A stretch of 64,000 bases of DNA. It comes from Acidobacteriota bacterium (GTDB lineage: Bacteria > Acidobacteriota > Vicinamibacteria > Vicinamibacterales > 2-12-FULL-66-21). Where the stretch lies: assembly GCA_013813355.1 (NCBI GenBank), contig JACCRT010000015.1, positions 1,328-65,327 on the forward strand. Direction: 5' to 3'. The position numbers were made by a program, and so were the translations under genes. The notes beneath the pieces are model-generated. The model saw nothing but the letters and a program-made list of their open reading frames with translations, made no database searches and was not told the DNA's origin. Shown here piece after piece: positions 9,547 through 19,125 of this stretch (within the stretch, counting starts at the first letter, position 1; every line of letters begins with the position of its first letter).

Positions 9547-10505
9547 GCCGGAGTGGCCAAAGCGCCGGGCTCCACCCGGCGGCCGGCCAGGAACTCGCGC
9601 GCGCTCATGACACGCTTGCCTTCCGGCTGCAGCGCGAGAATCCTGAGCGCCCCGTCGCCGGTGGCGACGAGCATGCCGGTGCCGTCCGCCGAGAGGACCG
9701 TTCCGGGAGTGGCGTTGCCCGGGACCGCCGCCGACGGCTCCGGACGGGTGGCGTGCAGCAGGCAGCGATGCCCCGCAATGAGCGTTGACACCAGCGGCCA
9801 GGGCTGCAGGCCGCGGACCCGGTTGTGAAGCTCGCGCGCCGGCCGCGACCAGTCGACACGGCCCTCCTCCCGCGCAATCTTCGGCGCGTACGTCGCCGCC
9901 TGGTGGTCTTGCGCTGTTTCCACGGCGCGCCCCTCCGCGAGCTGATCCAGCACGGCGAGGAGCCGCTCCGCTCCGAGCGCGGCGAGCCTGCGCTCGACGT
10001 CCGGGCTCGTCTCGTCGGCCCCGATCGGCACGCGAGCGACGTCCAGCATGGCGCCCGCGTCGAGTTCGCTCACCACGCGCATGATCGTAACGCCGGTTTC
10101 CTCGTCGCCGGCCATCACGGCCCGGTGGATCGGCGCCGCTCCGCGATACGCCGGGAGGATGGAAGCGTGCACGTTGACCATTCCCAGGCGCGGCAGCTCG
10201 AGCAGCGCATCCGGAAGAATGCGGCCGTACGCCGCCACCACACCGATGTCGGGTGCGTACGGCCGCAGCGCCTCGAGAAACACCTCGTCCTTCAAACGGG
10301 TGGGTTGCAGCACCGGGATGCCGTGCGCGTCGGCGACCCGCCGTGTCGGCGTGTGCGCAACCTGCTGACCACGGCCGCGCGGCCGATCCGGCTGCGAGAC
10401 GAGCGCGACGACGGCGTGCCGCGACTCGATCAACGCCTCGAGTGTCGGCACCGCGAACTCCGGCGTGCCGAAGTACACGACCCGCAGGGCGCCGTCCGCT
10501 ACCAT
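9543..10505 (-). CDS. fmt: methionyl-tRNA formyltransferase
   Basis: RVVYFGTPEFAVP N-terminus and HASILPAYRGAAPI motif. The start lies at MVADG (ATG 10505). Confidence 0.9.
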   Translation of the reverse strand: MVADGALRVVYFGTPEFAVPTLEALIESRHAVVALVSQPDRPRGRGQQVAHTPTRRVADAHGIPVLQPTRLKDEVFLEALRPYAPDIGVVAAYGRILPDALLELPRLGMVNVHASILPAYRGAAPIHRAVMAGDEETGVTIMRVVSELDAGAMLDVARVPIGADETSPDVERRLAALGAERLLAVLDQLAEGRAVETAQDHQAATYAPKIAREEGRVDWSRPARELHNRVRGLQPWPLVSTLIAGHRCLLHATRPEPSAAVPGNATPGTVLSADGTGMLVATGDGALRILALQPEGKRVMSAREFLAGRRVEPGALATPA

Positions 10506-11008
10506 CTGCCGCCACGCTTCAGTTTCTGGATGCGCCGGACGATCAGGTCGCGCTTGATCCCCCGCAGGCGATCGATGAACACCGTCCCCTCGAGGTGATC
10601 CATCTCGTGCTGGAACGCCCGCGCCAGCAGGTTGGTGCCTTCGATGGTTCGTTCGCGCCCGGCCCGGTCGAGCCCGCGCACCACCGCTCGGGACGGTCGC
10701 ACCACGGTCGCGCTGAAGCCGGGAGCACTGAGGCACCCTTCCTCCTCGAGCTGCACCCCCTCGCGTTCGATCCAGACGGGGTTCACCATCGTAATGAGAC
10801 CCTCGGGATCACGACCGACCGACAGGTCGATCACGAACACTCGCAGCGGCACACCCACCTGCGTCGCCGCCAGACCAATCCCGGGTGCCGCGTACATCGT
10901 TTCCACCATGTCGTCGACGAGCCCCTGCAGCTGCTCGTCGAAGACGGCGACCTCCGAGGAGGCACGATGGAGGTCGCGTTCTCCATAGCGCAGGATCGGC
11001 CGGATCAT
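10499..11008 (-). CDS. def: peptide deformylase
   Basis: The three deformylase motifs are present: [13 protein letters not shown] and QHEMDHL. Confidence 0.95.
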   Translation of the reverse strand: MIRPILRYGERDLHRASSEVAVFDEQLQGLVDDMVETMYAAPGIGLAATQVGVPLRVFVIDLSVGRDPEGLITMVNPVWIEREGVQLEEEGCLSAPGFSATVVRPSRAVVRGLDRAGRERTIEGTNLLARAFQHEMDHLEGTVFIDRLRGIKRDLIVRRIQKLKRGGRW

Positions 11009-12210
11009 GCGCGGGGCTGGAAGCGGGCACCGATCCGCAGGCCGGTGTCGGCCATCGCCTGGTCCAGCCTGCCGATCGAGTCGCCGCCGAACCGCTCGAG
11101 CAGAGCCCCGGCGAGCACGAGGGCGAGCATCGCCTCGCCGACGACGGCCGCGGCCGGGACGGCGCAGACGTCACTTCGCTCGATCGCCGCGACGGCCGGT
11201 TCCATGGTGTCCAGATCGACGGACCGCAAGGGCTTCATCAGTGTCGCGATCGGCTTCATCCAGGCCGATACCCGGACGTCCTCGCCGTTGGTCACCCCGC
11301 CTTCGAGCCCCCCGGCCCGATTCGTCGGACGCGCCAGCCCGACCGCGCGGCGGCCGCCCTCGTCGGGCACGATCTCATCATGGACCTCGGAGCCAGGGCG
11401 CCAGGCCACCGCGGGGCCGATTCCGATTCCGACGGCCTTGATCGCGGGGATCGACATGAGCGCCTGCGCCAGGCGCCCGTCCAGCTTGCGATCCCATTGC
11501 ACGTAGCTGCCGAGCCCGACCGGGACGCCCGAGGCGATGACCTCGAAGGCGCCGCCTTTGGTGTCGCCGGCCTGGCGCGCCCGGTCGATCTCCGCGATCA
11601 TCTGCTGTCCGATGGCGTCGTCCACGCAGCGCACCGGCTCGTCGTCGGGCAGCGCGGCAGCCTCGTCGAAGCTGACGAGGCGGTCGGCGGGCAGAGCCGC
11701 GGCGCCGATGCTGAAGACGTGGCTGACGATCCGGATGCCCGCGTGCTGCAGGAGTTGGCGGGCGATCGCGCCGGCGGCAACCCGTGCGGCGGTTTCACGC
11801 GCGCTGGCGCGTTCGAGCACGTCGCGCACGTCAGTCCGCTCGTACTTGGCAACGCCCGCCAGGTCGGCGTGCCCCGGCCGCGGCCGCGTGACGGGTCCAC
11901 GATGGGCGCCGCCCGCATTCGCGGGCGGATCGGCCGTCGCGCTCATGGTGTGCTGCCAGTTCGCCCAGTCGCGGTTCTCGATCGTCATGGCGATCGGACC
12001 GCCGAGGGTTTCCCCGCGGCGGACGCCGGACAGGATCTCGGCGCGGTCGGTTTCGATGGCCATGCGGCGGCCCCGGCCATAGCCGCCCTGGCGCCGGCGG
12101 AGATCGCGAGTGATCAGGTCCTGGTCGATGCGCAGGCCGGCCGGCATGCCCTCGAGGATCACGACGAGGGCGCGGCCGTGTGACTCCCCCGCAGTGAGAA
12201 AACGCACCAT
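11005..12210 (-). CDS. aroC: chorismate synthase
   Basis: N-terminal FLTAGESHG and full-length chorismate synthase-like sequence. Confidence 0.95.
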   Translation of the reverse strand: MVRFLTAGESHGRALVVILEGMPAGLRIDQDLITRDLRRRQGGYGRGRRMAIETDRAEILSGVRRGETLGGPIAMTIENRDWANWQHTMSATADPPANAGGAHRGPVTRPRPGHADLAGVAKYERTDVRDVLERASARETAARVAAGAIARQLLQHAGIRIVSHVFSIGAAALPADRLVSFDEAAALPDDEPVRCVDDAIGQQMIAEIDRARQAGDTKGGAFEVIASGVPVGLGSYVQWDRKLDGRLAQALMSIPAIKAVGIGIGPAVAWRPGSEVHDEIVPDEGGRRAVGLARPTNRAGGLEGGVTNGEDVRVSAWMKPIATLMKPLRSVDLDTMEPAVAAIERSDVCAVPAAAVVGEAMLALVLAGALLERFGGDSIGRLDQAMADTGLRIGARFQPRA

Positions 12211-12238
12211 TTAATCCGAGATTGTATACGAAATTTCT

Positions 12239-12260
12239 GCAGCACTCGGAGGAGTGCTGC
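12239..12260. promoter_or_regulatory. perfect 9-bp palindrome GCAGCACTC-GGAG-GAGTGCTGC in the aroC / sigma54-activator divergent region (candidate operator/UAS)
   Basis: Read directly from the sequence. The palindrome is centred about 47 nt upstream of the candidate -24 element. Confidence 0.4.
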
Positions 12261-12295
12261 GTCGGTTTCGGCCGAAAACCCGCCAATCTTCGTGA

Positions 12296-12310
12296 GGCTG
12301 TGCTCTTGCA
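12296..12310 (+). promoter_or_regulatory. candidate sigma54 (-24/-12) promoter GGCTGTGCTCTTGCA
   Basis: GG at 12296-12297 and GC at 12308-12309 have the canonical GG-N10-GC spacing with a TTGCA -12 element. The -24 half is only GGC. A GAGGAG Shine-Dalgarno sequence lies at 12324-12329 before ATG 12338. Confidence 0.3.
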
Positions 12311-12337
12311 CTGGCGGGGCGCCCGAGGAGCACAACC

Positions 12338-15300
12338 ATGCAGATTGTCGCCGACCGTTTCATCCACGTGCAGGGCGCCTGGTTCGATCTCGCGTCGGGT
12401 GCGAGCGTCCGCCTTCATGTCTCCGCCGCCGGCTCGCGCGGCGCCCAGATCGCGTGGGCAGCCCGGTGCGCCGTTCATGCGAACCTGCGGCACCCGTTGC
12501 TCAATCCCCTTGTGGATTTCGGCGCGCTCGGCGCCGAGCAATGCTTCGAAGCCTACGAGAACCGCGGCGCCGTCCCGGCCGGCGGACGCTCCGGCGAGGC
12601 CTGGCTGATGCACGCCATCAGGTTCTGCCGAGCACACGGCGTGGGTCTCGAGCAGCCGCTGGCCGACCTGGCGGTCCGTGCGATCGGTGCGGGGCCGTCG
12701 GCCGGCATTCCGATCGGCATCGTGTTGCAGCGCCGCGCGGCTCTGGACGCCGTGCAGGATGCGCTCGCAGCCACCAGCCCCGCCGGGGCTTGTCGGGTGA
12801 CGCTCGCGGGCGCCCGCCAGTCAGGGCTCCGGACGATCGCCGTGCTGGCCGCTCGTGCGGCGCGGCTCGGCGGCTACGTCCCGGTGGCGGCGTCGGCCCT
12901 CGACCGGTGGCCCGGCCTGGCGAAGTTGCTTGCGGACCGGCACGTCTGCGTGATCGAGTGGGAGGAAGGGCCCCGCCAGAGCCTGGCCCCGTTCCTGTCG
13001 CGGCTCGCCGCGGGCGTGGGGCGCCGCCACGTGGTGTTGTCGCTCGTCCGGCAGGCACCCGGCGGCGAGCCGGCCGTCGCCCTGGATCCCTTGAGCGTAC
13101 GAGCCCTTACTGCGATGATTTTCATCGACCCTGAGCATCCACCTTCGCCGATGCAGGTCATGCAGGCCGCGCGCGCCGCCGAGGGCCGTCCGGGTGCCAT
13201 GCTGGAGCGGCTCGACAACGTCCGGGCGGTTGTCACGCGGCCCCGGGCCGAGAGCGTCCGCGAGACCGCTCCGGCTTTCGCAGCTGACGGCCGGGTGGAG
13301 CGGAGCCCGATGACCCGGCCCCGCCGAACCGCCGCGGTCCTGCTCGCGGCAGCGCGGCGTGCCGATCGACTGGCGGAACGGGGCCGGCACGTCCAGGCGG
13401 AGCGCACGCTGCGTCGCGCGCTGCGGGTCCTCGAGGTACGCGGCCTCCATTCGCAGGCTGCGGAATGCGCGCTGGCACTCGGCAGGCTTGCCCGCGAGCG
13501 CGGCCGCGCCGACGCCGCCGTCAGTGCGTTCGAGCGCGCACGCGATCTTGCGCCGGACGGACTGGTCAGTGTGCGCGCCACGGTCGAACTGGGGCGCACC
13601 TGGCTGTACGCCGCCCGCCTCACGGAAGCCGAGGCGGCGTTCAGAACGGCACACCTCGCAGCCACCGGCATGCGGGAGCCTTACATCGGCGAGGAGGCCG
13701 CGGCGGGTCTGGCCGAGTGCCTGTGCCTGCAGGATCGGGCCGATGAGGCCGCCGCCCTGCCGCCGTTCCGCCAGCCGGGCGGCGATCGTCAGGAGTCCGT
13801 GCACCTGGCACTGGGCCGAGTCCTGATCGCTCTGGCCCGGGGGGATCTGCCTGTCGCCGTCGGGTCCGCCCGGGCGGCCATGGACCGCGCCGCGGCCCTG
13901 CGCGATCCGCGGGTCGTCACACGCGCCCACCGGATGCTGGGGCTGGCCCTCGCGGCCGCAGGCGATCAGCAGCAGGCAGGTCTGCACCTCGATGATGGCG
14001 TCGCGCTGGCCCGAGCGGCGCACCTGCCCGTCGAGGCCCTCCGGCTGCGGTGCGTGCGGCTCACGTTGAGTGACACGCCGTCGCGGAGTCGGCTCGCCAG
14101 GCACCTGCGGGCCGCCGCCGGAGGCGCTGTGCCGCGGCTGGTGCAGATGGAGATCCAGGCGGCCTGCGCCCTCGCCGCGGGCGATGACATCGACGCCGGG
14201 ACACGCGGCCTGCTCGAAGCACAGGGCATCCGCGGGCCGCTCTTCGGGCGACCGGCCCACAACGCCGTGATGATCCTCGAGCAGTTCCTCGAGCGCTGCC
14301 GGGTTGCGCCGGACGACAAGAGCGCGGTGGAGCACCTGTGCGCCGAACTGGGCGGGCGCCTGCGCGCGGTCACCGTGATCATCGTCGCGGGAACACCAGA
14401 CGCACGTCTCCTCGCGGTATGGGGCCGCGCGTGGCCGGGTGAACACCACGCACCGAACCGCGCGCTGGCAACCGGCTTGAGCCTCTCGCCTGATCCCGCG
14501 GTCGAGCCGTGCGTGGCCGCCGAACCGCTGCGCTATGGCGGGGAAGTGATTGCCGCGCTGGCCTGCCGCTGGGCGCCGGGCGTCGCGCTCGAGCCGGCGC
14601 GCGCATCGTCGCTCCTCAGGGTCGCGGGGCTTGCGGTGGCGGCCAACGTCCGTGCGATGCTGGACCGCGCGATCGGGGACGTCGGCGGGGCAGCCACCGG
14701 CGATCTGCTCGGCGAGAGCGGCCCGGCCCGCACGCTGCGCGAGTCGGTGGCACGCGCCGCGCGCGCACCGTTTCCGGTGTTGATTGAAGGGGAGAGCGGC
14801 AGCGGCAAAGAACTGGTCGCGCGCGCGGTTCATCGCCTGAGCCCCAGGCGGGACCGTCGTTTCTGCCCGCTCAACTGCGCGGCGCTCACGGACGACCTGA
14901 TCGAGGCGGAGCTGTTCGGCCACGCGCGCGGCGCGTTCACGGGCGCGGTAGGGGAGCGCGCGGGCCTCTTCGAGGAGGCCGATGGCGGCACGCTTTTCCT
15001 CGACGAGATCGGCGAACTGTCAGCGCGCGCCCAGGCCAAGCTGTTACGCGTGCTGCAGGACGGCGAGGTCCGCCGCGTGGGAGAGAACCACGCGCGCCGG
15101 GTCGACGTCCGGATCGTCGCAGCCACCAATCGCCGGCTGGAACAGGAAACCGCCGCCGGGCGCTTCCGCGCGGATCTCCGGTTCCGGCTCGATGTCGTGC
15201 GCCTCGATGTCCCGCCGCTTCGCGAACGGCCAGGCGACGTCTCGCTGCTCGCAGCCCACTTCTGGACCGACGCGACCGCCCGGGTCGGCTCGCGCGCCAC

Positions 15301-15619
15301 GCTCTCCCCTGAGGCGCTGGCCGCGCTGGCGCGCTACGACTGGCCCGGTAACGTCCGCGAACTCCAGAACGTCGTCGCCTGGATGGCGGTCCACTCGCCC
15401 ACGCGCGGCCGTGTCGGCCCGTCCGGTCTGCCGGCCCACGTCGCGCACGCGGGCGCCTGCTCCGGCGGCACGTTCGAGGCCGCCCGGCTGGAGTTCGAAC
15501 GCCGCTTCGTTCGCGCCGCGCTCGCTACCGCGAACGGCCAGCGCACCGCAACGGCCGCCGCGCTCGGGGTGTCACGACAAGGGCTGGCCAAGATGCTGCG
15601 GAGGCTGGGGCTCGAATAG
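12338..15619 (+). CDS. sigma54-dependent transcriptional activator (bEBP) with a roughly 750-aa non-receiver N-terminal region
   Basis: The C-terminal third carries Walker [16 protein letters not shown], the GAFTGA loop, and a Fis-type [22 protein letters not shown]. The N-terminal region is Ala/Leu/Arg-rich with TPR-like helical repeats. Confidence 0.85.
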   Translation: MQIVADRFIHVQGAWFDLASGASVRLHVSAAGSRGAQIAWAARCAVHANLRHPLLNPLVDFGALGAEQCFEAYENRGAVPAGGRSGEAWLMHAIRFCRAHGVGLEQPLADLAVRAIGAGPSAGIPIGIVLQRRAALDAVQDALAATSPAGACRVTLAGARQSGLRTIAVLAARAARLGGYVPVAASALDRWPGLAKLLADRHVCVIEWEEGPRQSLAPFLSRLAAGVGRRHVVLSLVRQAPGGEPAVALDPLSVRALTAMIFIDPEHPPSPMQVMQAARAAEGRPGAMLERLDNVRAVVTRPRAESVRETAPAFAADGRVERSPMTRPRRTAAVLLAAARRADRLAERGRHVQAERTLRRALRVLEVRGLHSQAAECALALGRLARERGRADAAVSAFERARDLAPDGLVSVRATVELGRTWLYAARLTEAEAAFRTAHLAATGMREPYIGEEAAAGLAECLCLQDRADEAAALPPFRQPGGDRQESVHLALGRVLIALARGDLPVAVGSARAAMDRAAALRDPRVVTRAHRMLGLALAAAGDQQQAGLHLDDGVALARAAHLPVEALRLRCVRLTLSDTPSRSRLARHLRAAAGGAVPRLVQMEIQAACALAAGDDIDAGTRGLLEAQGIRGPLFGRPAHNAVMILEQFLERCRVAPDDKSAVEHLCAELGGRLRAVTVIIVAGTPDARLLAVWGRAWPGEHHAPNRALATGLSLSPDPAVEPCVAAEPLRYGGEVIAALACRWAPGVALEPARASSLLRVAGLAVAANVRAMLDRAIGDVGGAATGDLLGESGPARTLRESVARAARAPFPVLIEGESGSGKELVARAVHRLSPRRDRRFCPLNCAALTDDLIEAELFGHARGAFTGAVGERAGLFEEADGGTLFLDEIGELSARAQAKLLRVLQDGEVRRVGENHARRVDVRIVAATNRRLEQETAAGRFRADLRFRLDVVRLDVPPLRERPGDVSLLAAHFWTDATARVGSRATLSPEALAALARYDWPGNVRELQNVVAWMAVHSPTRGRVGPSGLPAHVAHAGACSGGTFEAARLEFERRFVRAALATANGQRTATAAALGVSRQGLAKMLRRLGLE

Positions 15620-15829
15620 GCGAGTGGCGACCACACGGTCGAGTGCGGCGGGGCCTATCGCTCAGGGGTGCGGGAAACACCACGACCACGCATGCGGGAA
15701 CTTGCATCTACGGCCTGTGGGTAGGAGGTGTGCTGTGGGTGGGGCGCGACGGCCCCCCGGCTACCTGACCGCCAGCGCACCGGTCGGCGTCAGCCGCAAC
15801 CGCCCCCGTGCGCTATCCTTGTCCGGCGT

Positions 15830-16750
15830 ATGCTGCGTTACCTCGTCCGCCGGTTGCTGTTGACCGTGCCTGTACTGCTCGGTGTGGCCACGCTGGTGTT
15901 TGCGCTGATCCACCTGGTGCCCGGCGATCCGGCGCAGGCGATGCTCGGGGAAGGCGCGACGGTCGAAGAGGTACAACGCCTGCGGGGGCAGCTCGGGCTT
16001 GATGAGCCGCTCCTCGTGCAGTATCGATCGTTCCTCGGCGGAATCCTGCGCGGCGACCTCGGGACCTCCTTCCGCTACGGCACACCAGTCACCGGCGAGA
16101 TCAGCGCCCGGCTGCCCAATACCGCGTTGCTGGCCGTGGCGGCGATGCTCGCGGCGATCGTTCTGGCCATCCCGCTCGGCATCCTCGCGGCGGTGTTCCG
16201 CGGGACCGCGATCGATCATGCCGCGATGACCTTCGCGCTGATCGGCATCTCGATGCCGAACTTCTGGCTCGGGCCGCTGCTCGCGATCCTGTTTGCCGTT
16301 CAGCTCGGCTGGCTGCCGGTGTCTGGAACGGGAACGCCGGCCCACCTCGTCCTGCCCGCGATCACCCTCGGGGCGGCGCTGGCCGCGATCCTGGCCCGCA
16401 TGACGCGCGCGAGCGTGCTCGAGGAACTGCGCGAGCTCTACGTGCTCGCGGCGCGGGCGCGCGGCCTGTCGGGGCGCCGCGCCGTGCTGCGGCACGCCTT
16501 TCGCAACAGCCTCATCCCGATCGTCACGATCATCGGCTTACAGTTCGGCGCGGTGTTGACCGGCACGATCATCACGGAAACGATCTTCGCGTGGCCTGGC
16601 ATCGGGCGCCTCCTCATCCAGGCGATCAACTTCCGCGACTATCCGCTCATCCAGGGCTGCATCCTCTTCATCTCGGTCACCTACGTCGCGATGAACCTGC
16701 TGACCGACCTGACCTACGGATACCTCGACCCGCGGATCCGATACGAGTGA
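15830..16750 (+). CDS. ABC transporter permease (Dpp/Opp peptide/nickel family, DppB-like)
   Basis: MLRYLVRRLLLTVPVLLGV N-terminus and LIHLVPGDP motif, typical of the family. The start is at ATG 15830; the 5' extension to 15728 is rejected. Confidence 0.85.
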   Translation: MLRYLVRRLLLTVPVLLGVATLVFALIHLVPGDPAQAMLGEGATVEEVQRLRGQLGLDEPLLVQYRSFLGGILRGDLGTSFRYGTPVTGEISARLPNTALLAVAAMLAAIVLAIPLGILAAVFRGTAIDHAAMTFALIGISMPNFWLGPLLAILFAVQLGWLPVSGTGTPAHLVLPAITLGAALAAILARMTRASVLEELRELYVLAARARGLSGRRAVLRHAFRNSLIPIVTIIGLQFGAVLTGTIITETIFAWPGIGRLLIQAINFRDYPLIQGCILFISVTYVAMNLLTDLTYGYLDPRIRYE

Positions 16751-17544
16751 TGCTGCGCGTCGGATTCTTCATCGTGGGGCTCACCCTCGTCGCGGCCATC
16801 ATCGGGCCGCACCTCGCCGCGCACGATGCCTCCTCGCAGGAACTCGCGCGCCGGCTCGAGGCGCCGAGCCTGGCGCACCCGTTCGGGCTCGATGAGCTCG
16901 GCCGCGACATCCTGGCCCGCATTCTCGCCGGCGCGCGGATCTCTCTTCTCGTCGGCCTCGCCGTCGTCTCCGTCTCCTCGACGGTCGGGATGCTGCTTGG
17001 GTCCATCGCCGGCTACTTCGGAGGGCGAATCGACGATGTGATCAGCCGCGTGATTGACGTGCTGATGGCCTTCCCGGGCATTCTGCTGGCGATCGCGCTG
17101 GTGGCCGTGCTCGGTCCGAGCCTGACGAACGTGGTCATCGCCTTGTCGGTGATTGGCTGGGTGGGGTACGCGCGGCTGGTGCGCGGTCAGGCCCTGCGGA
17201 CGCGCGAGTTCGAGTTCGTCCAGGCGGCGCGCGCATTGGGCGCCGGGGCGCCGCGGATCATCCTCCATCACGTGCTGCCGACCGCGTTTCCCTCGGTGGT
17301 CGTGCAGGCGACGCTCGGCATGGCCGGCGCCATCATCGCCGAGGCCTCCCTCGGCTTCCTGGGCCTCGGCGTGCAGCCGCCGACACCAAGCTGGGGGACC
17401 ATGCTCGATGCGGGACGATCGCATCTCTTCACGGCGCCGCACCTGACGATCTTCCCGGGCCTCGCGATCGCCCTGCTGGTGCTCGGGTTCAACTTCCTGG
17501 GCGACGGCCTGCGGGACCGCGTGGACCCGAAAATGGCGCAGTAG
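16750..17544 (+). CDS. ABC transporter permease (DppC-like)
   Basis: EAA-type loop FVQAARALGAGAPRIILHHVLP. ATG 16750 overlaps the upstream TGA by 1 nt. Confidence 0.85.
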   Translation: MLRVGFFIVGLTLVAAIIGPHLAAHDASSQELARRLEAPSLAHPFGLDELGRDILARILAGARISLLVGLAVVSVSSTVGMLLGSIAGYFGGRIDDVISRVIDVLMAFPGILLAIALVAVLGPSLTNVVIALSVIGWVGYARLVRGQALRTREFEFVQAARALGAGAPRIILHHVLPTAFPSVVVQATLGMAGAIIAEASLGFLGLGVQPPTPSWGTMLDAGRSHLFTAPHLTIFPGLAIALLVLGFNFLGDGLRDRVDPKMAQ

Positions 17545-17581
17545 CCTGCCGGCGCCACCCGGCGATGTGGAACTGCCGGCC

Positions 17582-18961
17582 TCAGCGTAAGCGGCGCTGG
17601 AGGGCGAGGGCCCCCGGGTGCCGGGGATCCTTCTCCAGCACCTCCTGCACGGTCGTCGTTGCCCCGGTGAGATTGCCGGACGCGGCTCTGGCTTCCGCGT
17701 ACCGGACGAGCAGCCCGAGGTCGGCCGCCCCCGCCGCGATGGCCCGCTCGTACCACGTGGCGGCCAGGGCCGGATCGCCGGACCGGGTGGCCAGGGACGC
17801 GACGCGTGCGGCGAACGACACCCGGCGGCGCGCATCGGGCGGGTCTCCGACGAGCGTGTGGTAGTCGAGCAGCGCATCGAGCGCAGTCGGGATATGTCCC
17901 AGACGCTCGGCGGCGTCGGCCAGGTGGAAGAACGCCCCCGCGTCCGCCGGGCGCTTGCGGGCCGCCTGCAGGAGCACGCGCTCGGCACGCTCGACCTCGC
18001 CCGTGAGCAGCAGCGCCCGCCCGAGCAGGGTCAAGGCCTCGCTGTTGCTTGCCGACGACGGAACGGCCTCGAGGGCGCCGCGCGCCTTGCTGAGCGCCAC
18101 GTGATCCTGGCGCGCCTCGGCGATGTCGAGCCAGACCCGCCCGAGCGCGATACGCGTGTACGGATAGTCGGGATACCGCTCGATGGTTTGCCCCAGCGCG
18201 GCGACGGCATAGTCGGTCCGGCCGGAGCGCGCATAGGCGAGCGCCAGCGAGACCTCCCGTGAGGGGTCGGCATCGAGCCCCCGAAGCGCCTCGAGCTGCG
18301 CGATGCGATCGTCAGGCCGGCCCAGGCGTTCGTAGAGGATGCCGAGTTCCTCCCGTGCCTGCAGCAGCGCAGGCGTCAGCGACACCGACCGCTCCAGCGC
18401 CACCGCCGCCTCCTCGAGCCGCTGCAGGTCGCGAAGGCTCAGGCCGAGTAGGTAATAGGCTTCGGCGAATCGATCGTCGAATTCGATGGCCGCGCGCAGC
18501 GTCGCCTCCGACGAGTGCGGTTGCCCGGCCGCGAACTGCGCGAGCGCGAGCTTGTAGAGCACGCGCGGCGACTGATCGTCGAGGGCGACGCAGCTCTGGT
18601 AGCGCTCGGCCGCGCGGCCGAAGCGCAACAGCGCATAGTTGACGTCCCCCAGCAGTTCGTAGGTTCGCGGGGCGTACGGGTCGAGTTCCACCGCCCGGAG
18701 AAGATCCCGAAGGGCCGCCTCGAGCTCGTGGCGCTGCTGGTAGGCCTCGCCTCGCCGGAGATAGCCGATCATCGCCTGCGGCTTGAGGTAGATGGCGCCA
18801 CTGAATGCCTCGATCGCCGCGAAGGTTTCCCCGGCGGCCAGCGCCTCTTCACCGGCCTGGACGAGCCGCTCGTGCGCCTCCTCCCGCCGGTGGTCCGCAA
18901 AGACGAAGAGCCCTGCCGCCAGGATGACGAGGAGAACTGCCGCCGCTGCCGCTCGCTTCAC
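17582..18961 (-). CDS. TPR-repeat protein with N-terminal membrane anchor
   Basis: GTG start, hydrophobic N-terminus AAAAVLLVILAAGLFVF, then repeated TPR-like helical pairs. Confidence 0.7.
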   Translation of the reverse strand: MKRAAAAAVLLVILAAGLFVFADHRREEAHERLVQAGEEALAAGETFAAIEAFSGAIYLKPQAMIGYLRRGEAYQQRHELEAALRDLLRAVELDPYAPRTYELLGDVNYALLRFGRAAERYQSCVALDDQSPRVLYKLALAQFAAGQPHSSEATLRAAIEFDDRFAEAYYLLGLSLRDLQRLEEAAVALERSVSLTPALLQAREELGILYERLGRPDDRIAQLEALRGLDADPSREVSLALAYARSGRTDYAVAALGQTIERYPDYPYTRIALGRVWLDIAEARQDHVALSKARGALEAVPSSASNSEALTLLGRALLLTGEVERAERVLLQAARKRPADAGAFFHLADAAERLGHIPTALDALLDYHTLVGDPPDARRRVSFAARVASLATRSGDPALAATWYERAIAAGAADLGLLVRYAEARAASGNLTGATTTVQEVLEKDPRHPGALALQRRLR

Positions 18962-18981
18962 GGCTTCATGGTATCAGCCCA

Positions 18982-19044
18982 CTTCAACCTTCAACCTTCA
19001 ACCTTCAACCTTCAACCTTCAACCTTCAACCTTCAGCCTTCAGC
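18982..19044. repeat. heptanucleotide tandem array (CTTCAAC)x7 (CTTCAGC)x2
   Basis: Read directly: nine perfect 7-nt units lie between the TPR gene start and the ECF promoter. Confidence 0.95.
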
Positions 19045-19053
19045 CTTTCTTGT

Positions 19054-19081
19054 GGAACTTCCCCTCCCCCCCGGGTTCTAA
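19054..19081 (+). promoter_or_regulatory. ECF-type promoter GGAACTT-N16-TCTAA upstream of the ECF sigma gene
   Basis: GGAACTT at 19054-19060, a 16-nt spacer, and TCTAA at 19077-19081. This matches the RpoE-like ECF consensus and suggests autoregulation. Confidence 0.55.
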
Positions 19082-19125
19082 CTATCAGGAGCATCGGGTG
19101 CGCCAAGCTGGACCGGGGTGGTAAG

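Noticed and set aside
9547-10515. The 5' part of the 777-aa ORF 8182-10515, suggesting a much longer RsmB.
   Set aside because: This part overlaps fmt in another frame and translates to Arg/Ala/Gly-rich nonsense. RsmB homology starts at MIAPARQ (ATG 9546), which overlaps the fmt stop as ATGA. The same reasoning trims 25145-27964 (trpE), 27618-28700 (trpG), 28175-29731 (trpD), 33013-33435 (CM), 48803-49612, 54772-55401, 15728-16750 and 16591-17544.
12821-14923. A 700-aa ORF antisense to the sigma54 activator gene. Similar long antisense or alternative-frame ORFs occur at 4156-5655, 25050-26462, 31137-32384, 35799-37241, 39997-41316 and 21196-22548.
   Set aside because: Long stop-free antisense frames are expected in high-GC DNA. 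Their products are Arg/Pro/Gly-rich low-complexity strings with no motifs. The opposite strand carries genes with clear family signatures and GC-rich third positions.
15620-15829. A sigma54 promoter in front of the ABC permease genes, downstream of the activator.
   Set aside because: TTGCA occurs (CGGGAACTTGCAT), but no GG lies at the required 10-nt spacing. No other GG-N10-GC candidate with flanking consensus was seen.
18515-19124. ORFs translating the heptad array as PSTFNLQ repeats, and the possibility that the arrays are CRISPR-like.
   Set aside because: A 7-nt unit cannot maintain a frame-specific protein repeat under selection. The ORFs are antisense or overlapping to the TPR gene. There are no spacers between units, so the arrays are not CRISPR.
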